Source: an uncultured delta proteobacterium
GTDB lineage: Bacteria > Desulfobacterota > RBG-13-43-22
Direction: 5' to 3'
Length of the DNA: 64,000 nucleotides
Assembly (NCBI GenBank): GCA_963843145.1
Contig: CAWJJC010000010.1
Span: 96,001 to 160,000, forward strand
Under the pieces are notes generated by a model, which was given only the letters and a program-made list of their open reading frames with translations, had not been told where the DNA came from and ran no database searches. Positions 10,617 through 20,508 of this stretch are shown piece by piece. A program made the position numbers and the translations under genes. Numbering within the stretch: position 1 is the first letter of the stretch; the number at the start of each line of letters is the position of its first letter.

Positions 10617-11795
10617 TTACCCCTCGTTCCGCACGATCAACGCCACTCCCTGCCCCCCTCCCAGACACATGGTGGCCAGGCCCAGTTCTTTCCCGGAACG
10701 GCGCAGCTCGTAGATGAGCTTGGTCAGGATGACCCCGCCGGTACCGCTGATGGGATGGCCCAGGGCAATGGCCCCGCCGTTGACGTTGACCCTTTCCGGG
10801 TCCAATCCTAATTCGCGGATACAGGCCAGCGCCTGAGAGGCAAAGGCCTCGTTCAGTTCCACCAGGTCGATCGCCGCCAGGGACAGGCCGGTCTTTTTCA
10901 GGACCAAGCGAGTGGCCTCAATCGGTCCAATGCCCATCAAGGAGGGTTCCACCCCGACCGAGGCATAACCGACGATGGACACCAGCGGTTTTAACCCCAG
11001 ATCGCGGGCCTTGTCCCGAGAGGCCACCACCAGGGCGGAGGCCCCATCGTTCATACCGCTGGAGTTGCCCGCCGTCACCGTACCCCCGGAGCGGAATACG
11101 GGCTTCAATTTGGCCAAATCCTCCAATGTGGTCTCCGGCCGCGGATGTTCGTCCTGTTTGAAAAGAAGGACCTTTCCCTTGGATTGCGGCACGGGGACAG
11201 GCACGATCTGCTCTTCAAACAGCCCCAGCTTCAAGGCCTGGGCCGCCTTCTTCTGGCTCTCCAGGGCAAAGGCATCCTGATCGGCCCGGTTGATCTGATA
11301 TTTTTCGGCCACATTTTCGGCCGTTTCCCCCATGGTGTTGCCGCTGATGGGATCGAACAGGACCAACTGGTCCATGAGCTGCCCATGCCCCAGCCGGTAT
11401 CCCCAACGGGCTTTGGTCAGGAGATAACCGGCGTTACTCATGTGTTCCAGCCCTCCGGCCACCAGGACCTGGGCGTCACCGGCCTTGATCGCCTGGGCCG
11501 CCAGAAAAACCGATTTCAGCGATCCGCCGCAGGCCTTGGCCACGGTAAAATTAGGCACCGGGATGGGGATCCCGGCGTCCACGGATATGGGCCGCGCCAT
11601 ATTGGGCGGCAGGTCCCCGGTCCGGTATTGCTGGGCAAAAACAACTTCCTCCACCTGGCCCGGCTCCAGGCCGGCCCTTTCCATGGCGGCTTTAATCACC
11701 AAAGCCCCCAGGGCCCGGTCGGTGACCCCTTTCAGGGTCCCGCCAAACCGTCCCACCGCCGTTCGCACGGCACTGACGATCACAGGTTCATTCAT
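10617..11795 (-). CDS. acetyl-CoA C-acyltransferase (thiolase)
   Basis: KACGGS active-site Cys, [13 protein letters not shown] and MCLGGGQG. Confidence 0.95.
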   Translation of the reverse strand: MNEPVIVSAVRTAVGRFGGTLKGVTDRALGALVIKAAMERAGLEPGQVEEVVFAQQYRTGDLPPNMARPISVDAGIPIPVPNFTVAKACGGSLKSVFLAAQAIKAGDAQVLVAGGLEHMSNAGYLLTKARWGYRLGHGQLMDQLVLFDPISGNTMGETAENVAEKYQINRADQDAFALESQKKAAQALKLGLFEEQIVPVPVPQSKGKVLLFKQDEHPRPETTLEDLAKLKPVFRSGGTVTAGNSSGMNDGASALVVASRDKARDLGLKPLVSIVGYASVGVEPSLMGIGPIEATRLVLKKTGLSLAAIDLVELNEAFASQALACIRELGLDPERVNVNGGAIALGHPISGTGGVILTKLIYELRRSGKELGLATMCLGGGQGVALIVRNEG

Positions 11796-11980
11796 AGTAT
11801 TTTCCCTTATTTTAAAAAGTTTTATTAGACAGGATTAACAGGATATTCCCTCCGTTTTAGACCAAGGATAGATTGCGATCCCCATAAAGCCCGCCCTTGT
11901 TTTTTTTCTTTTTTGCTTCCTTCTTCCCTCTTCGATCTTCCCTCTCCACTCAAGGCGGACCATCCGCCTTGGCGCCTCAA

Positions 11981-12865
11981 TCAGGCCTTCGTCGGTCCCA
12001 ACCGGCTCCCGTCCGGGCCGTATTCGTACCAGCCGCGGCCGGTCTTGCGGCCCAGCCATCCGGCCTGGACCCTCCGCCGCAGCACGGCCGGCGGATACCA
12101 GCGGGGGTCTTTGGTCTCCTCGTAAATCGCCAGCAGGGCCCCGTGGGTCACGTCCAGGCCCACCAGGTCTCCGGTTTCAAAGATGCCCATCTTGCGTCCG
12201 GAAGCCAGCCGCAACCCCTTGTCCACATCCTCGATGCCGGCCACGCCCATCTCCACCAGGCGCATGGCTTCCAACGCTGCCGGAAAATTGATACGATTGA
12301 TCAGGAAGCCGGGTACGTCCTTGTGAACCAGGATCGGCTCTTTTTTGACCTGAAGGACAAACCGTCGTCCGGCCTCAAAGGCCTCGTCGCTGGTGAATTG
12401 ACCGCGGACGACCTCCACGGCTTCCATCATGGGGGCCGGGCTGAAGAAGTGCAGACCCAGGACCTTATCGGGTCGTCGGGTCCCGGCCGCCAGGGTACTG
12501 ATGCTGATGGCGCTGGTATTGGAGGCCAGCAGGGCCTCCGGCCGGGCCGCGGTGTCAAACCGGGCAAATATCTCCTGTTTGACTTCCAATTTTTCGAAGA
12601 CGGCCTCGAGACATAGATCGGCCTCCGCCGTCCGGGTGAAATCCGTGGTAGTGGCAATGCGGCCCATCACGGCCTCCAACGGCCCGACCGCCTTTCCTTT
12701 TTCAATCAGCTTCCCGGCGCTCCAGGCAATATTCTTAGTTGCCTTTTCCAGCACCTCCGGCCCGATATCGCCGAGGATTACTTCCAGCCCGGCCTGGGCG
12801 CAGACCTGCGCGATGCCCGACCCCATAAGCCCGGCACCGGCTATAAAGACTTTGTTAATTTCCAT
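11981..12865 (-). CDS. 3-hydroxyacyl-CoA (3-hydroxybutyryl-CoA) dehydrogenase
   Basis: GAGLMGSG Rossmann motif, SNTS, GLHFFSP, PGFLINRI and GRKTGRGWY. Confidence 0.93.
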   Translation of the reverse strand: MEINKVFIAGAGLMGSGIAQVCAQAGLEVILGDIGPEVLEKATKNIAWSAGKLIEKGKAVGPLEAVMGRIATTTDFTRTAEADLCLEAVFEKLEVKQEIFARFDTAARPEALLASNTSAISISTLAAGTRRPDKVLGLHFFSPAPMMEAVEVVRGQFTSDEAFEAGRRFVLQVKKEPILVHKDVPGFLINRINFPAALEAMRLVEMGVAGIEDVDKGLRLASGRKMGIFETGDLVGLDVTHGALLAIYEETKDPRWYPPAVLRRRVQAGWLGRKTGRGWYEYGPDGSRLGPTKA

Positions 12866-12910
12866 ATACTGTTTTCCTTTGCGTTCTTCGCGTCTTTGCG
12901 GTGATGAAAT

Positions 12911-14065
12911 TTATTTTGCTGTTACGCTTTCCGGCAGCCGTCGGGTGAGTATATCCACGGTTTCTTCGACCATCTCCTCCAGGACCTGACGGGCGGGTTT
13001 GATCTCCTTGATCAATCCGGAGATCTGGCCGGCGAGGCCCCCCACATATTCGTCCTGGTTGGCCTCCACAAAGGCCCCTAACAGCGCGGAAGAAATCAAC
13101 ACCTGGGAAGGAAACGGCAGGGGCTCCAGGCCGGATTGATCCCAGAGATCATGGTACCGGTTGTAACTGGCCCGCAAGGTCTTGCCCGAATAAGCCCGGC
13201 TAACCCGGGTATCCTCATCGGTGGATTCGATGATCCGACGCTTGTTCACATCCAGGGCCCCGCCCTCGTTGGTGGCCAGGAACCGGGTTCCCACCCAGAC
13301 CCCGATGCAGCCCATGGCCAGGGCCGCGGCCACACCCCGACCGTCGCCGATGCCGCCGGCGGCCAGCACGGGAACCGGGAAGGCGGCATCCATGGCCTGA
13401 GGTAGCAAGGCCATGGTCCCGATCCGACCGGTGTGTCCTCCGCCCTCGTGCCCCTGGGCCACCAGGAGGTCGATACCGGACTGAGCCATCCGCCTAGCAT
13501 TTTTGGCGTTTCCCGTAATGCCCAGCACTTTGATGCCCAGGGCATGGGCCTCCTCCACCATAAAGCCCGGGTTCCCCAATCCGGCGCAGAACAGGGGGAC
13601 TCTCTCTTCGAGGCAGACCTTCACCGCCTCCAGGGGGCGCATGGTAGTGGTATTCATGCGGACCATGATCTCCGCCTCAGGTAGGACCATCTCCCGCCGG
13701 ATTTTTTCGACCCAGTCCCGATGGGCCTGCGGAATGGACTGCAAGACCAGGCTGAGAGGTATCTTATCCGCCCCCGCCTGGCCGAGTCCGCCGCCCATAT
13801 CCAGCTTCTGCGGCAGAAGGAGGTCCACCCCAAAGGGTTTATCAGTCAGCGTCTTGATCTGCCGGATGGCCTCTCGCAATTCATCCACCGTGTAGCCGCT
13901 GCCGCCCAGGACTCCCAGGCCGCCGGCCTCCGAAACGGCCACCACCAGCTCCACGGGCGCGCCGGTCCGCTCGCCGATCAGCGTCGGCCCCATACCGGCG
14001 CTGAGAATAGGATATTCAATCCCAAGAAGATCACAAAGTTTTGTTCGAAGCACTCGTTTGGCCAT
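12911..14065 (-). CDS. nitronate monooxygenase / FabK-like FMN-dependent oxidoreductase
   Basis: VSEAGGLGVLG, PFGVDL, AQGHEGGGHTG, AAGGIGDGRG, GTRFLAT and AGQISGLI. Confidence 0.88.
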   Translation of the reverse strand: MAKRVLRTKLCDLLGIEYPILSAGMGPTLIGERTGAPVELVVAVSEAGGLGVLGGSGYTVDELREAIRQIKTLTDKPFGVDLLLPQKLDMGGGLGQAGADKIPLSLVLQSIPQAHRDWVEKIRREMVLPEAEIMVRMNTTTMRPLEAVKVCLEERVPLFCAGLGNPGFMVEEAHALGIKVLGITGNAKNARRMAQSGIDLLVAQGHEGGGHTGRIGTMALLPQAMDAAFPVPVLAAGGIGDGRGVAAALAMGCIGVWVGTRFLATNEGGALDVNKRRIIESTDEDTRVSRAYSGKTLRASYNRYHDLWDQSGLEPLPFPSQVLISSALLGAFVEANQDEYVGGLAGQISGLIKEIKPARQVLEEMVEETVDILTRRLPESVTAK

Positions 14066-14139
14066 AGTTCCTCCTAAATTTGCCTTTCTATTATTACGAA
14101 AATATAGTCGACCTTCTCTTTCAGGTCTTGGTTTTGGCC

Positions 14140-14227
14140 GTCATGCCGGACCCGATCCGGCATCCAGGGCATTTAAAGCCTAAACGGCGCTGGATTCCGG
14201 ATCTCGCTTCGCTCCCCCGGAATGACG
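14140..14227. repeat. GTCAT...ATGAC REP-like palindromic element
   Basis: gtcatgccggacccgatccggcatccag...ctggattccgg...ccggaatgac; a close relative lies at 33439-33520. Confidence 0.8.
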
Positions 14228-14297
14228 CCTCTTTCCCGCTATTCTTTTTTGTTCAGCCGCGTCGACTCTCTAGACTAATGACTGGCTCCAATCTTGG

Positions 14298-15362
14298 CTA
14301 ACCCGCCTGTTCGACTATCTGTTGCGCGGTTTTTTCCAGTACCCGGACGCCGTGGATCAAAGCGGCAAAGCGCTCATCTTTGGTCTGGCCATGAAAATAA
14401 CGGTAATAGATTTGCTGAGCGATTACTGCCAGCCGAAAAACGCCGAAGCAGTAATAAAAATCGAAACAGGCGGTGTCCCGCCCGGTTTTTTCGCCATACC
14501 GGCTGATCAGTTCCTTCCGGGTCAGGGCCCCGTCAATATGGGTGGGCATGTTCCGCAGCAGGTGGGCCTCAGGAGGATCGTCTTTCTCGACCCAGTAGGC
14601 CAGCGTGTTGCCCAGGTCCATGAGAGGGTCTCCGATGGTGGCCATCTCCCAGTCCAGGACCCCGATGATCCGGAAAGGGTCCCGGGCCTCGATCACCAGG
14701 TTGTCGAGCCGGTAATCGTTGTGGACCAGGGTCGGCCGATCGGTATCCGCCGGCATCTGCCCGGCAATCCAGGCCATGATCCCTTCAAAATCGGGGGCGT
14801 CGGGCGTTCGGGCCGCCCGGTATCTTTTGCTCCAGCCTTCCACCTGCCGTCGCACATAGCCTTCCGGCTTGCCGAAATTTTCCAGCCCGATTTTTCTATA
14901 GTCAATGGAGTGAAGTTCCACCAATACGTCCAGGAACCTTTCAAAAAGATTTCGGGCCTGTTCGGGGGTAATCACCAAACCCGGGGGAAGATCTTTTCGC
15001 AGGATCAGTCCATCGATCCGGGCCATGACATAGAACGGGCTGCCGATCACGGATTCATCTTCGGTATAGACTAGGGGTTCCGGACAATACGAATAGACCG
15101 ACCGCAGGGCCTTAAGTATCCGGTATTCCCGGCCCATATCATGGGCGGTTTTGGCCTTGGTCCCGAAAGGCGGCCGACGAAGAACCAGATCCCGGTTTTT
15201 AAAAGAAAGCAAATAGGTCAGATTGGAAAACCCTCGGGGAAACTGCCGAACGGACAAGGGTCCCTCCAACCCGGGGACCGAAGCCTGCAAAAAAGCTTCG
15301 ACCCGAGCCGGATCCAGTTCCTCTCCCACTCGAATCGCAGTGGCCTGGTCAGTGTAATTCAT
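14298..15362 (-). CDS. APH-family phosphotransferase (ACAD10/11 kinase domain- or LvaA-like)
   Basis: GFSNLTY, LVLRRPPFG, AHDMGREY, LVHNDYRLDN and VLDWEMATIGDPLMDLG. GGAGG RBS 6 nt before ATG 15362. Confidence 0.92.
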   Translation of the reverse strand: MNYTDQATAIRVGEELDPARVEAFLQASVPGLEGPLSVRQFPRGFSNLTYLLSFKNRDLVLRRPPFGTKAKTAHDMGREYRILKALRSVYSYCPEPLVYTEDESVIGSPFYVMARIDGLILRKDLPPGLVITPEQARNLFERFLDVLVELHSIDYRKIGLENFGKPEGYVRRQVEGWSKRYRAARTPDAPDFEGIMAWIAGQMPADTDRPTLVHNDYRLDNLVIEARDPFRIIGVLDWEMATIGDPLMDLGNTLAYWVEKDDPPEAHLLRNMPTHIDGALTRKELISRYGEKTGRDTACFDFYYCFGVFRLAVIAQQIYYRYFHGQTKDERFAALIHGVRVLEKTAQQIVEQAG

Positions 15363-15382
15363 TCCCAACCTCCCTAAAACTT

Positions 15383-15569
15383 AAATTCAAAATCCGAAAT
15401 CCGAAACAAATTCAAATGATCAAATTTCAAAATTTGAAACAAGGATTCTTTCTAAACCCGCCAGAGCTTTTGTTTTGATCATTTGGATTTTGGACCTTCG
15501 TTTGCTTGAGGATTTCGGCGTTCGGTCGACGCTCAGCCGAGTCGATTTCGTGCTTCGAATTTCGGATTT
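15383..15569. repeat. AAATCCG/TTCGGAT heptamer inverted-repeat element, copy 1
   Basis: The left arm aaatccgaaatccgaaacaaattcaaat matches copy 2 and resembles copy 3. The right arm gatttcgtgcttcgaatttcggattt resembles those of the copies at 22672, 39142 and 53073. Confidence 0.8.
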
Positions 15570-15602
15570 AAGGATCGCAACTGTAAACCTATAGTGTAAG
15601 GA

Positions 15603-16808
15603 TTACCGTATATTCTTCCCTTCATATTCCCGCAGAATCCGACGCGCCACGGTAACTTTGTGTACCTCGTCCACACCGTCATAGATTCGGGCGGCCCGTT
15701 CGTGACGGAAGTAGAAGGCAATGATGGTGTCGTCGGTCATGCCCAACCCGCCGTGCACCTGCAGGGCCCGGTCTATGACTTTTTGCATGACCCCGGCCAC
15801 ATAAAATTTTATCAGAGAAATTTCCTCCCGGGCCTCTTTTTGTCCCTGATGCTCCATCTTCCAGGCAGCGTGGAGGACCATCAGCCGGGCCGCCTGGATT
15901 TCTGCCGCGCACTCGGCAATCCAGGTCTGGATGATCTGACGGGTAGCCAGGGTCTTTCCGGGGGCGATCTCCCGCTTCAAAGCCCGGGCGCACATCAGGG
16001 AAAAGATGCGGTTGCAGATCCCGATCCAGCGCATGCAGTGGTGGATCCGCCCCGGTCCTAACCGCTCCTGGGCCATGACAAAGCCGGCCCCCTCGGGGCC
16101 GAGCAGGTTTTTTTGGGGAACCCGGCAGGACTGGTAAAGAATTTCGGCATGACTGGCCCAGCCGGAGCCCTCGTGCCCCATGACGGGGATATTTCGGATC
16201 CGGTTGAAACCGGGCGTATCGGTGGGTACGATGATCATGCTGGCCCGCAAGTAGGGAGAGGCCTCCGGGTTGGTTACCGCCATGACGATGGCAAAGGCCG
16301 CCCCATCGGCGCTGGAGGTATACCATTTGTGGCCGTTGATGACGTAATGGTCTCCGTCTTTTACGGCGGTGGTGTCGAGCATCACGGGGTTGGAACCCGC
16401 TAGTTCTACTTCGGTCATGGAAAAGCAGCTTCGAATCTTCCCTTCCACCAGGGGCTGGAGGTAGCGGGCTTTTTGATCCTCCGTGCCGTGCAGGTGCAGT
16501 ATTTCAATGTTACCGGCATCGGGGGCCTGGGCCCCGAAGACAAAATGCCCCAGGGGCGACCTTCCCAGGGCTTCCGACACCAGGCCGAACTCCACCAGAT
16601 CGAGCCCCAGGCCGCCGTATTCCTTGGGGTGCTGGGGGGCCCAGAGTTCCATCTGCTTCACCAGTCGCCGCTTTTCTTCCAACTCCGGCAGAAGCTCCAC
16701 AAAATTTTTCTTCAAATATTCCGGTTCCAGGGGAATGAGTTCCTTGTCCACGAACTCATTCATCATTTCGAGAATAGCCTGCATCTTTTCCGATATTTCA
16801 AAATCCAT
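15603..16808 (-). CDS. acyl-CoA dehydrogenase (ACAD10/11- or LvaC-like)
   Basis: QAPDAGNIEIL, SCFSMTE, AQERLGPGRIHHCMRWIG and RIYDGVDEVH, which are diagnostic of the ACAD10/11-type subfamily. Confidence 0.93.
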   Translation of the reverse strand: MDFEISEKMQAILEMMNEFVDKELIPLEPEYLKKNFVELLPELEEKRRLVKQMELWAPQHPKEYGGLGLDLVEFGLVSEALGRSPLGHFVFGAQAPDAGNIEILHLHGTEDQKARYLQPLVEGKIRSCFSMTEVELAGSNPVMLDTTAVKDGDHYVINGHKWYTSSADGAAFAIVMAVTNPEASPYLRASMIIVPTDTPGFNRIRNIPVMGHEGSGWASHAEILYQSCRVPQKNLLGPEGAGFVMAQERLGPGRIHHCMRWIGICNRIFSLMCARALKREIAPGKTLATRQIIQTWIAECAAEIQAARLMVLHAAWKMEHQGQKEAREEISLIKFYVAGVMQKVIDRALQVHGGLGMTDDTIIAFYFRHERAARIYDGVDEVHKVTVARRILREYEGKNIR

Positions 16809-16929
16809 TTATTACTCCCATTCCTATAGAGGTTGTTTTTCTCTCATCTGTCTGTCTTCTCTATTCTGTCCGCTGTCTTATGTTTTTTCTTCCATCTTCT
16901 ATCTTCCCTCTTCCATCAAAACCCACCGG

Positions 16930-17637
16930 CTACCTATACGTGAGTAGTTCCGGTTCCCGGTTTATCTCCAGGTGGGCCACGTTGTTGAAGGAAGACAAAG
17001 TCAAACGGTCGCGGTTATATTTGAAAGTGGAGACGGAGGCGTTTCGAACCTGCCAGGATAATTGAACCGTCTCTCGATCCGACAGAGACAAGGCCATTTT
17101 TAAGATGGCCGACAACGGCCCTCCCGAAGTGACCAGGGCCACGGTCTTTCCCGGGCCGCTTGCCGACAGGATGCGCATGATTCCTTCCCGGACTCGCCGG
17201 TTAAAGTCCAACCAGGATTCCAGATCCCCGGCTTCTGGCGATTCGGCCATCCAGCGGGAAAGAGACCGGTCCAGAATCCGCTGCAGGGCTCGACGATCGG
17301 TCTGGAGGCGAGGGAGATCCCGTTCCAGGGAGGGGTCCTCCCGGATCAGGTGCGGAAGCTGTGTCCGGATCACGGCCGAGGAATCGTACTCATTGAACTC
17401 CGGCAGGATGGACAATTCCGATTGAGGGACGTCAGGACCGAAGCAGGACCGAAGCGGTTCGGCCGTAGCCACCTGTCGTTTCAGGGAGCCGGAATAGATG
17501 GCCTCAAACCGCGTGCCGATCCGGTTAAAAAAAGCCTCGAGCAGGCGGGCCTGCCGGATCCCCAGTTCGGAGAGTTGATCATAGTCGTTCTGGCCGAAAG
17601 AGGCCTGGGCATGCCGGATAACGTAAAGATCTCCCAA
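16930..17637 (-). CDS. histidine phosphatase superfamily protein
   Basis: YVIRHAQASFG, LKRQVAT, FNEYD and TSGG; TTG start abuts the upstream stop. Confidence 0.9.
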   Translation of the reverse strand: MGDLYVIRHAQASFGQNDYDQLSELGIRQARLLEAFFNRIGTRFEAIYSGSLKRQVATAEPLRSCFGPDVPQSELSILPEFNEYDSSAVIRTQLPHLIREDPSLERDLPRLQTDRRALQRILDRSLSRWMAESPEAGDLESWLDFNRRVREGIMRILSASGPGKTVALVTSGGPLSAILKMALSLSDRETVQLSWQVRNASVSTFKYNRDRLTLSSFNNVAHLEINREPELLTYR

Positions 17638-18960
17638 TTAACTCACCGTGAAAAAAGCTTCCTCAAACTCCGGACGGCCGGCGTAACGCTTCAAGTAAAA
17701 ACCCGGGGCCAGATCGATATCCTCAAAGAATTTTTCATTGACCTCGATTCCGGACTGCTGCAGGGCCTGGACCAATTCATTCCTGGATGGAGGGCAGCCT
17801 TTAACCGGGATCATTTCCCGAATATCGGGATGGTCTTTATTGGCCTGAACCATGCATTTCCCCAGGAGGATAGTCTTCTTCATGCCGGGGGTGGGTTTCA
17901 TGGCCTTGCCGGTAAGGATTTCCACTTCATCCCAGGGGCTTCCCTTCCAGGCCTTGGCGATGGCCATGAGGATTACCCGGGTCAGCCCGGAACAATAAGT
18001 ACACATGGTCAAATCGTATTTTTTGTAGGACAGGCCCTGGATGCCCATTTCGGCCATGGGTCGGGGCAGGGTGCCGGCTTCGTTATAGGGAAAGAAATAT
18101 TCATGGCGGGCCGCCACCGCCTCAATATTTTCCCCGACCACCTCTATCCCGGACAGGTCCGGTTGCCGGCCCTGGATGCCGGCGGCGTGAACCAGATGGG
18201 GGACCTCGGCCGGTTCATACCCCAAGACCTTGGCGCCTACAAAATCGGCTGATAAGATATCCGCCGAGGCAATCAGGAGATTGCTGCGTCGAATCGTCCC
18301 ATCAAACCCGGGACCCCGCTCATTGGTGTAAATCCCGTCCAGCACGGTCAGACAGGGAGGAACGGCCTTAGCCAGGCGGCCGACCATATAATGCAGATCT
18401 TTTTGGGGATCGGCCCCATGACATTTTTTCCGGGAGTTGATATTGATCAGTCCCTTCAGGTTTTTGATCCCCAGGGAGACAACGGCCTGGGCATGGGTTT
18501 TCAGCACCGGCAGATCGACCAGGAAGTCGCTTTCCAGAAAATCGACGTTGAAGTGCAGGGCCACTCCGTCCCCGAGATCCACTTTTTTAAAAGGACGTTC
18601 CAGAACGTTGACCACCCGGACCCCATACCTTTTTTTCAGCCGGTTATAACCAAGCGTTTCAAAGGCATGAGCCGGGGTTTCAGGGTCCTTGACCGTACGG
18701 GTGACCATTCCTTCCCCGATGGTAATGTCCCCGATCCCTCTTTCTTGCAGCAGGTGGACCAGGTCTTCTACCACCCGGGAAGTGGTGATCACCCCCCATT
18801 TGGGAAAAGGGGTGAAGCGGGTCCAGAAAACAATATTCGGTTTGATAAACACACGGGCCTGGGAGGGGAGGTGATCCAAGCCGCGGCATTGCTCGACGGC
18901 CCGGCGCACCGATTCCAGGGGTTTTTCATAGCGGACGATGGAAACCAAGGAGGGATTCAT
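17638..18960 (-). CDS. DUF362 domain Fe-S protein, paralog 1
   Basis: FIKPN, IGEG, LPVLKTH, SLGIKNLKG and RKKCH; C-terminal CTYC...GKC...GCPP. Start at ATG 18960 behind a GAGG RBS. Confidence 0.85.
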   Translation of the reverse strand: MNPSLVSIVRYEKPLESVRRAVEQCRGLDHLPSQARVFIKPNIVFWTRFTPFPKWGVITTSRVVEDLVHLLQERGIGDITIGEGMVTRTVKDPETPAHAFETLGYNRLKKRYGVRVVNVLERPFKKVDLGDGVALHFNVDFLESDFLVDLPVLKTHAQAVVSLGIKNLKGLININSRKKCHGADPQKDLHYMVGRLAKAVPPCLTVLDGIYTNERGPGFDGTIRRSNLLIASADILSADFVGAKVLGYEPAEVPHLVHAAGIQGRQPDLSGIEVVGENIEAVAARHEYFFPYNEAGTLPRPMAEMGIQGLSYKKYDLTMCTYCSGLTRVILMAIAKAWKGSPWDEVEILTGKAMKPTPGMKKTILLGKCMVQANKDHPDIREMIPVKGCPPSRNELVQALQQSGIEVNEKFFEDIDLAPGFYLKRYAGRPEFEEAFFTVS

Positions 18961-18992
18961 AGGACCTCTATTTATCATTTCGAAATACAAAC

Positions 18993-19074
18993 CGCAGGAT
19001 AGGTAGAGGGAACGAAACCCAACAGTACAGCAGGCTCCCTACCCGTTGGATTTCGCCTTGTTTTCCCTAACCTA
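18993..19074. repeat. degenerate GTAG-type REP doublet
   Basis: ggtagagggaacgaaacccaac...gttggatttcgcc...ctaacctac, an inverted arrangement resembling RAYT-associated REPs. Confidence 0.55.
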
Positions 19075-19090
19075 CCAAATTCACAATTTT

Positions 19091-19139
19091 CAACAATCAA
19101 TTGTCAATTAACAATTAAGAATTGATTATTGATTATTAA
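19091..19139. repeat. AT-rich heptamer repeats (CAATTAA / TTATTGA) in inverted arrangement
   Basis: caacaat caattgt caattaa caattaa gaattga ttattga ttattaa. Confidence 0.65.
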
Positions 19140-19157
19140 GTTTTCCCCTGGTTTTTT

Positions 19158-20369
19158 TTACCAGTCATAGACTTCCTTCTCGATAACTGTCGCTACTCCC
19201 TGGCCGCCGCCTACGCAGGCATTGGCCAGGCCGTAGCGGCCGCCTTTGACGTTCAGGGTCCGGGCCAGGGTTCCCACCAAACGGATACCGGTGGCCCCCA
19301 GCGCGTGGCCGATAGCCGTACCGCCGCCCATGGCATTCACCTTTTCCGGGTCGAGGCCCAGTTCCTTGATACAGTTCAGGACCACGATACAGAAGGCTTC
19401 ATTGATTTCCCAAAAATCGATGTCCGAGGCCTTCAATCCCGCCTTTTCCAGGGCCATCTTGCTGGCCGGAACCGGTCCCGCCCCCATGATGGTCGGGTCC
19501 ACCCCGGCAATGCCCATGGACCGGATGGTCGCCAGGGGCTTGATCCCTTTCTTCTTGGCCGTATCTTTGGACATGAGCACCATACTGCTGGCGGCGGCGT
19601 TGAGGGGGGAGGAATTTCCCGGAGTGATGACCCCGTCTTTCTTGAAAGCCGGCCGCAGACCGGCCAGCCCTTCCAGGGTTGTGTCGCCCCGGACGGCCTG
19701 ATCCTTATCGACCGTCAGGATCGTTCCGTCGGCTTGTTCGGCCTCTACGGGCAGGATCTCCCCCGCCAGGAAGCCGTCGGCCTGGGACTGGGCCGCCCTT
19801 TGATGGGAGCGGACGCCCCATTGATCCAGATCTTCCTTGGTAAGGCCGGACTGAGCGAACAGCTTTTCCGCCGTCAGCCCCATGTTGGTGGACGTCATCA
19901 TGTCCCAGTGCAGGTAGGCCGGGTCCGTATAAAGCGCCATGTTCGGGACGATATGTCCCCGGTCGATGGTGGCCAGGCCCATGGGCACCCGGGTCATATT
20001 CTCATAGCCTCCGGTCAGGACGATATCGCAGAATCCCTGGGCGATCTCCATAAACCCGACATGAATGGCCGCCATGGAAGATCCGCACTGCTGGTCCACA
20101 AACTTGGCCGGTATCGTTTCCGGGAAATTGGCCAAAAAGATGGGGTTACGCCCACCATAGGCCCACTGCTCGCCCACGGCCGTGGCGCAGCCGACGACAA
20201 AGTCATCGATTTCTTTGGGGTCCAATCCGGTCCTTTTGACGACCTCGGGAAGGAGTTTGGCCAGGAGCTCGTCTCCCCGCATCTTGCAAAACACGTCCCG
20301 GGCCGGGTCATTGGGCCGGGATCGGGACTGGGCTGTTCTTAAATATCCGGCAATCACTACTTCTTTCAT
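19158..20369 (-). CDS. acetyl-CoA C-acyltransferase (thiolase), FadA-like
   Basis: QQCGSS, EINEAF, GHALGATG and ACVGGGQG; AGGAGG RBS before ATG 20369; directly downstream of the FadB-like gene. Confidence 0.95.
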   Translation of the reverse strand: MKEVVIAGYLRTAQSRSRPNDPARDVFCKMRGDELLAKLLPEVVKRTGLDPKEIDDFVVGCATAVGEQWAYGGRNPIFLANFPETIPAKFVDQQCGSSMAAIHVGFMEIAQGFCDIVLTGGYENMTRVPMGLATIDRGHIVPNMALYTDPAYLHWDMMTSTNMGLTAEKLFAQSGLTKEDLDQWGVRSHQRAAQSQADGFLAGEILPVEAEQADGTILTVDKDQAVRGDTTLEGLAGLRPAFKKDGVITPGNSSPLNAAASSMVLMSKDTAKKKGIKPLATIRSMGIAGVDPTIMGAGPVPASKMALEKAGLKASDIDFWEINEAFCIVVLNCIKELGLDPEKVNAMGGGTAIGHALGATGIRLVGTLARTLNVKGGRYGLANACVGGGQGVATVIEKEVYDW

Positions 20370-20388
20370 AATGTTCCTCCTGTTTTGA

Positions 20389-20495
20389 TTCACCGCAAAG
20401 ACGCCAAGAACGCAAAGGAATTCTTTTAGTCGCCGGCTGAGCCGGCAATAAAAAATATTTCTTTCTCTTTGCGCACTTTGCGTCTTTCCAGTGAA
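20389..20495. repeat. CGCAAAG/CTTTGCG 9-nt-period inverted-repeat element
   Basis: tcaccgcaaagacgccaagaacgcaaag...ctttgcgcactttgcgtctttccagtga. Relatives lie at 30711-30894 and, as a half copy, at 12877-12904. Confidence 0.75.
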
Positions 20496-20508
20496 TATTT
20501 TTGTGTTT

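Noticed and set aside
12911-14065. True nitronate monooxygenase activity
   Set aside because: The family label is broad, and an enoyl-thioester reductase-like role fits the context at least as well; function left open.
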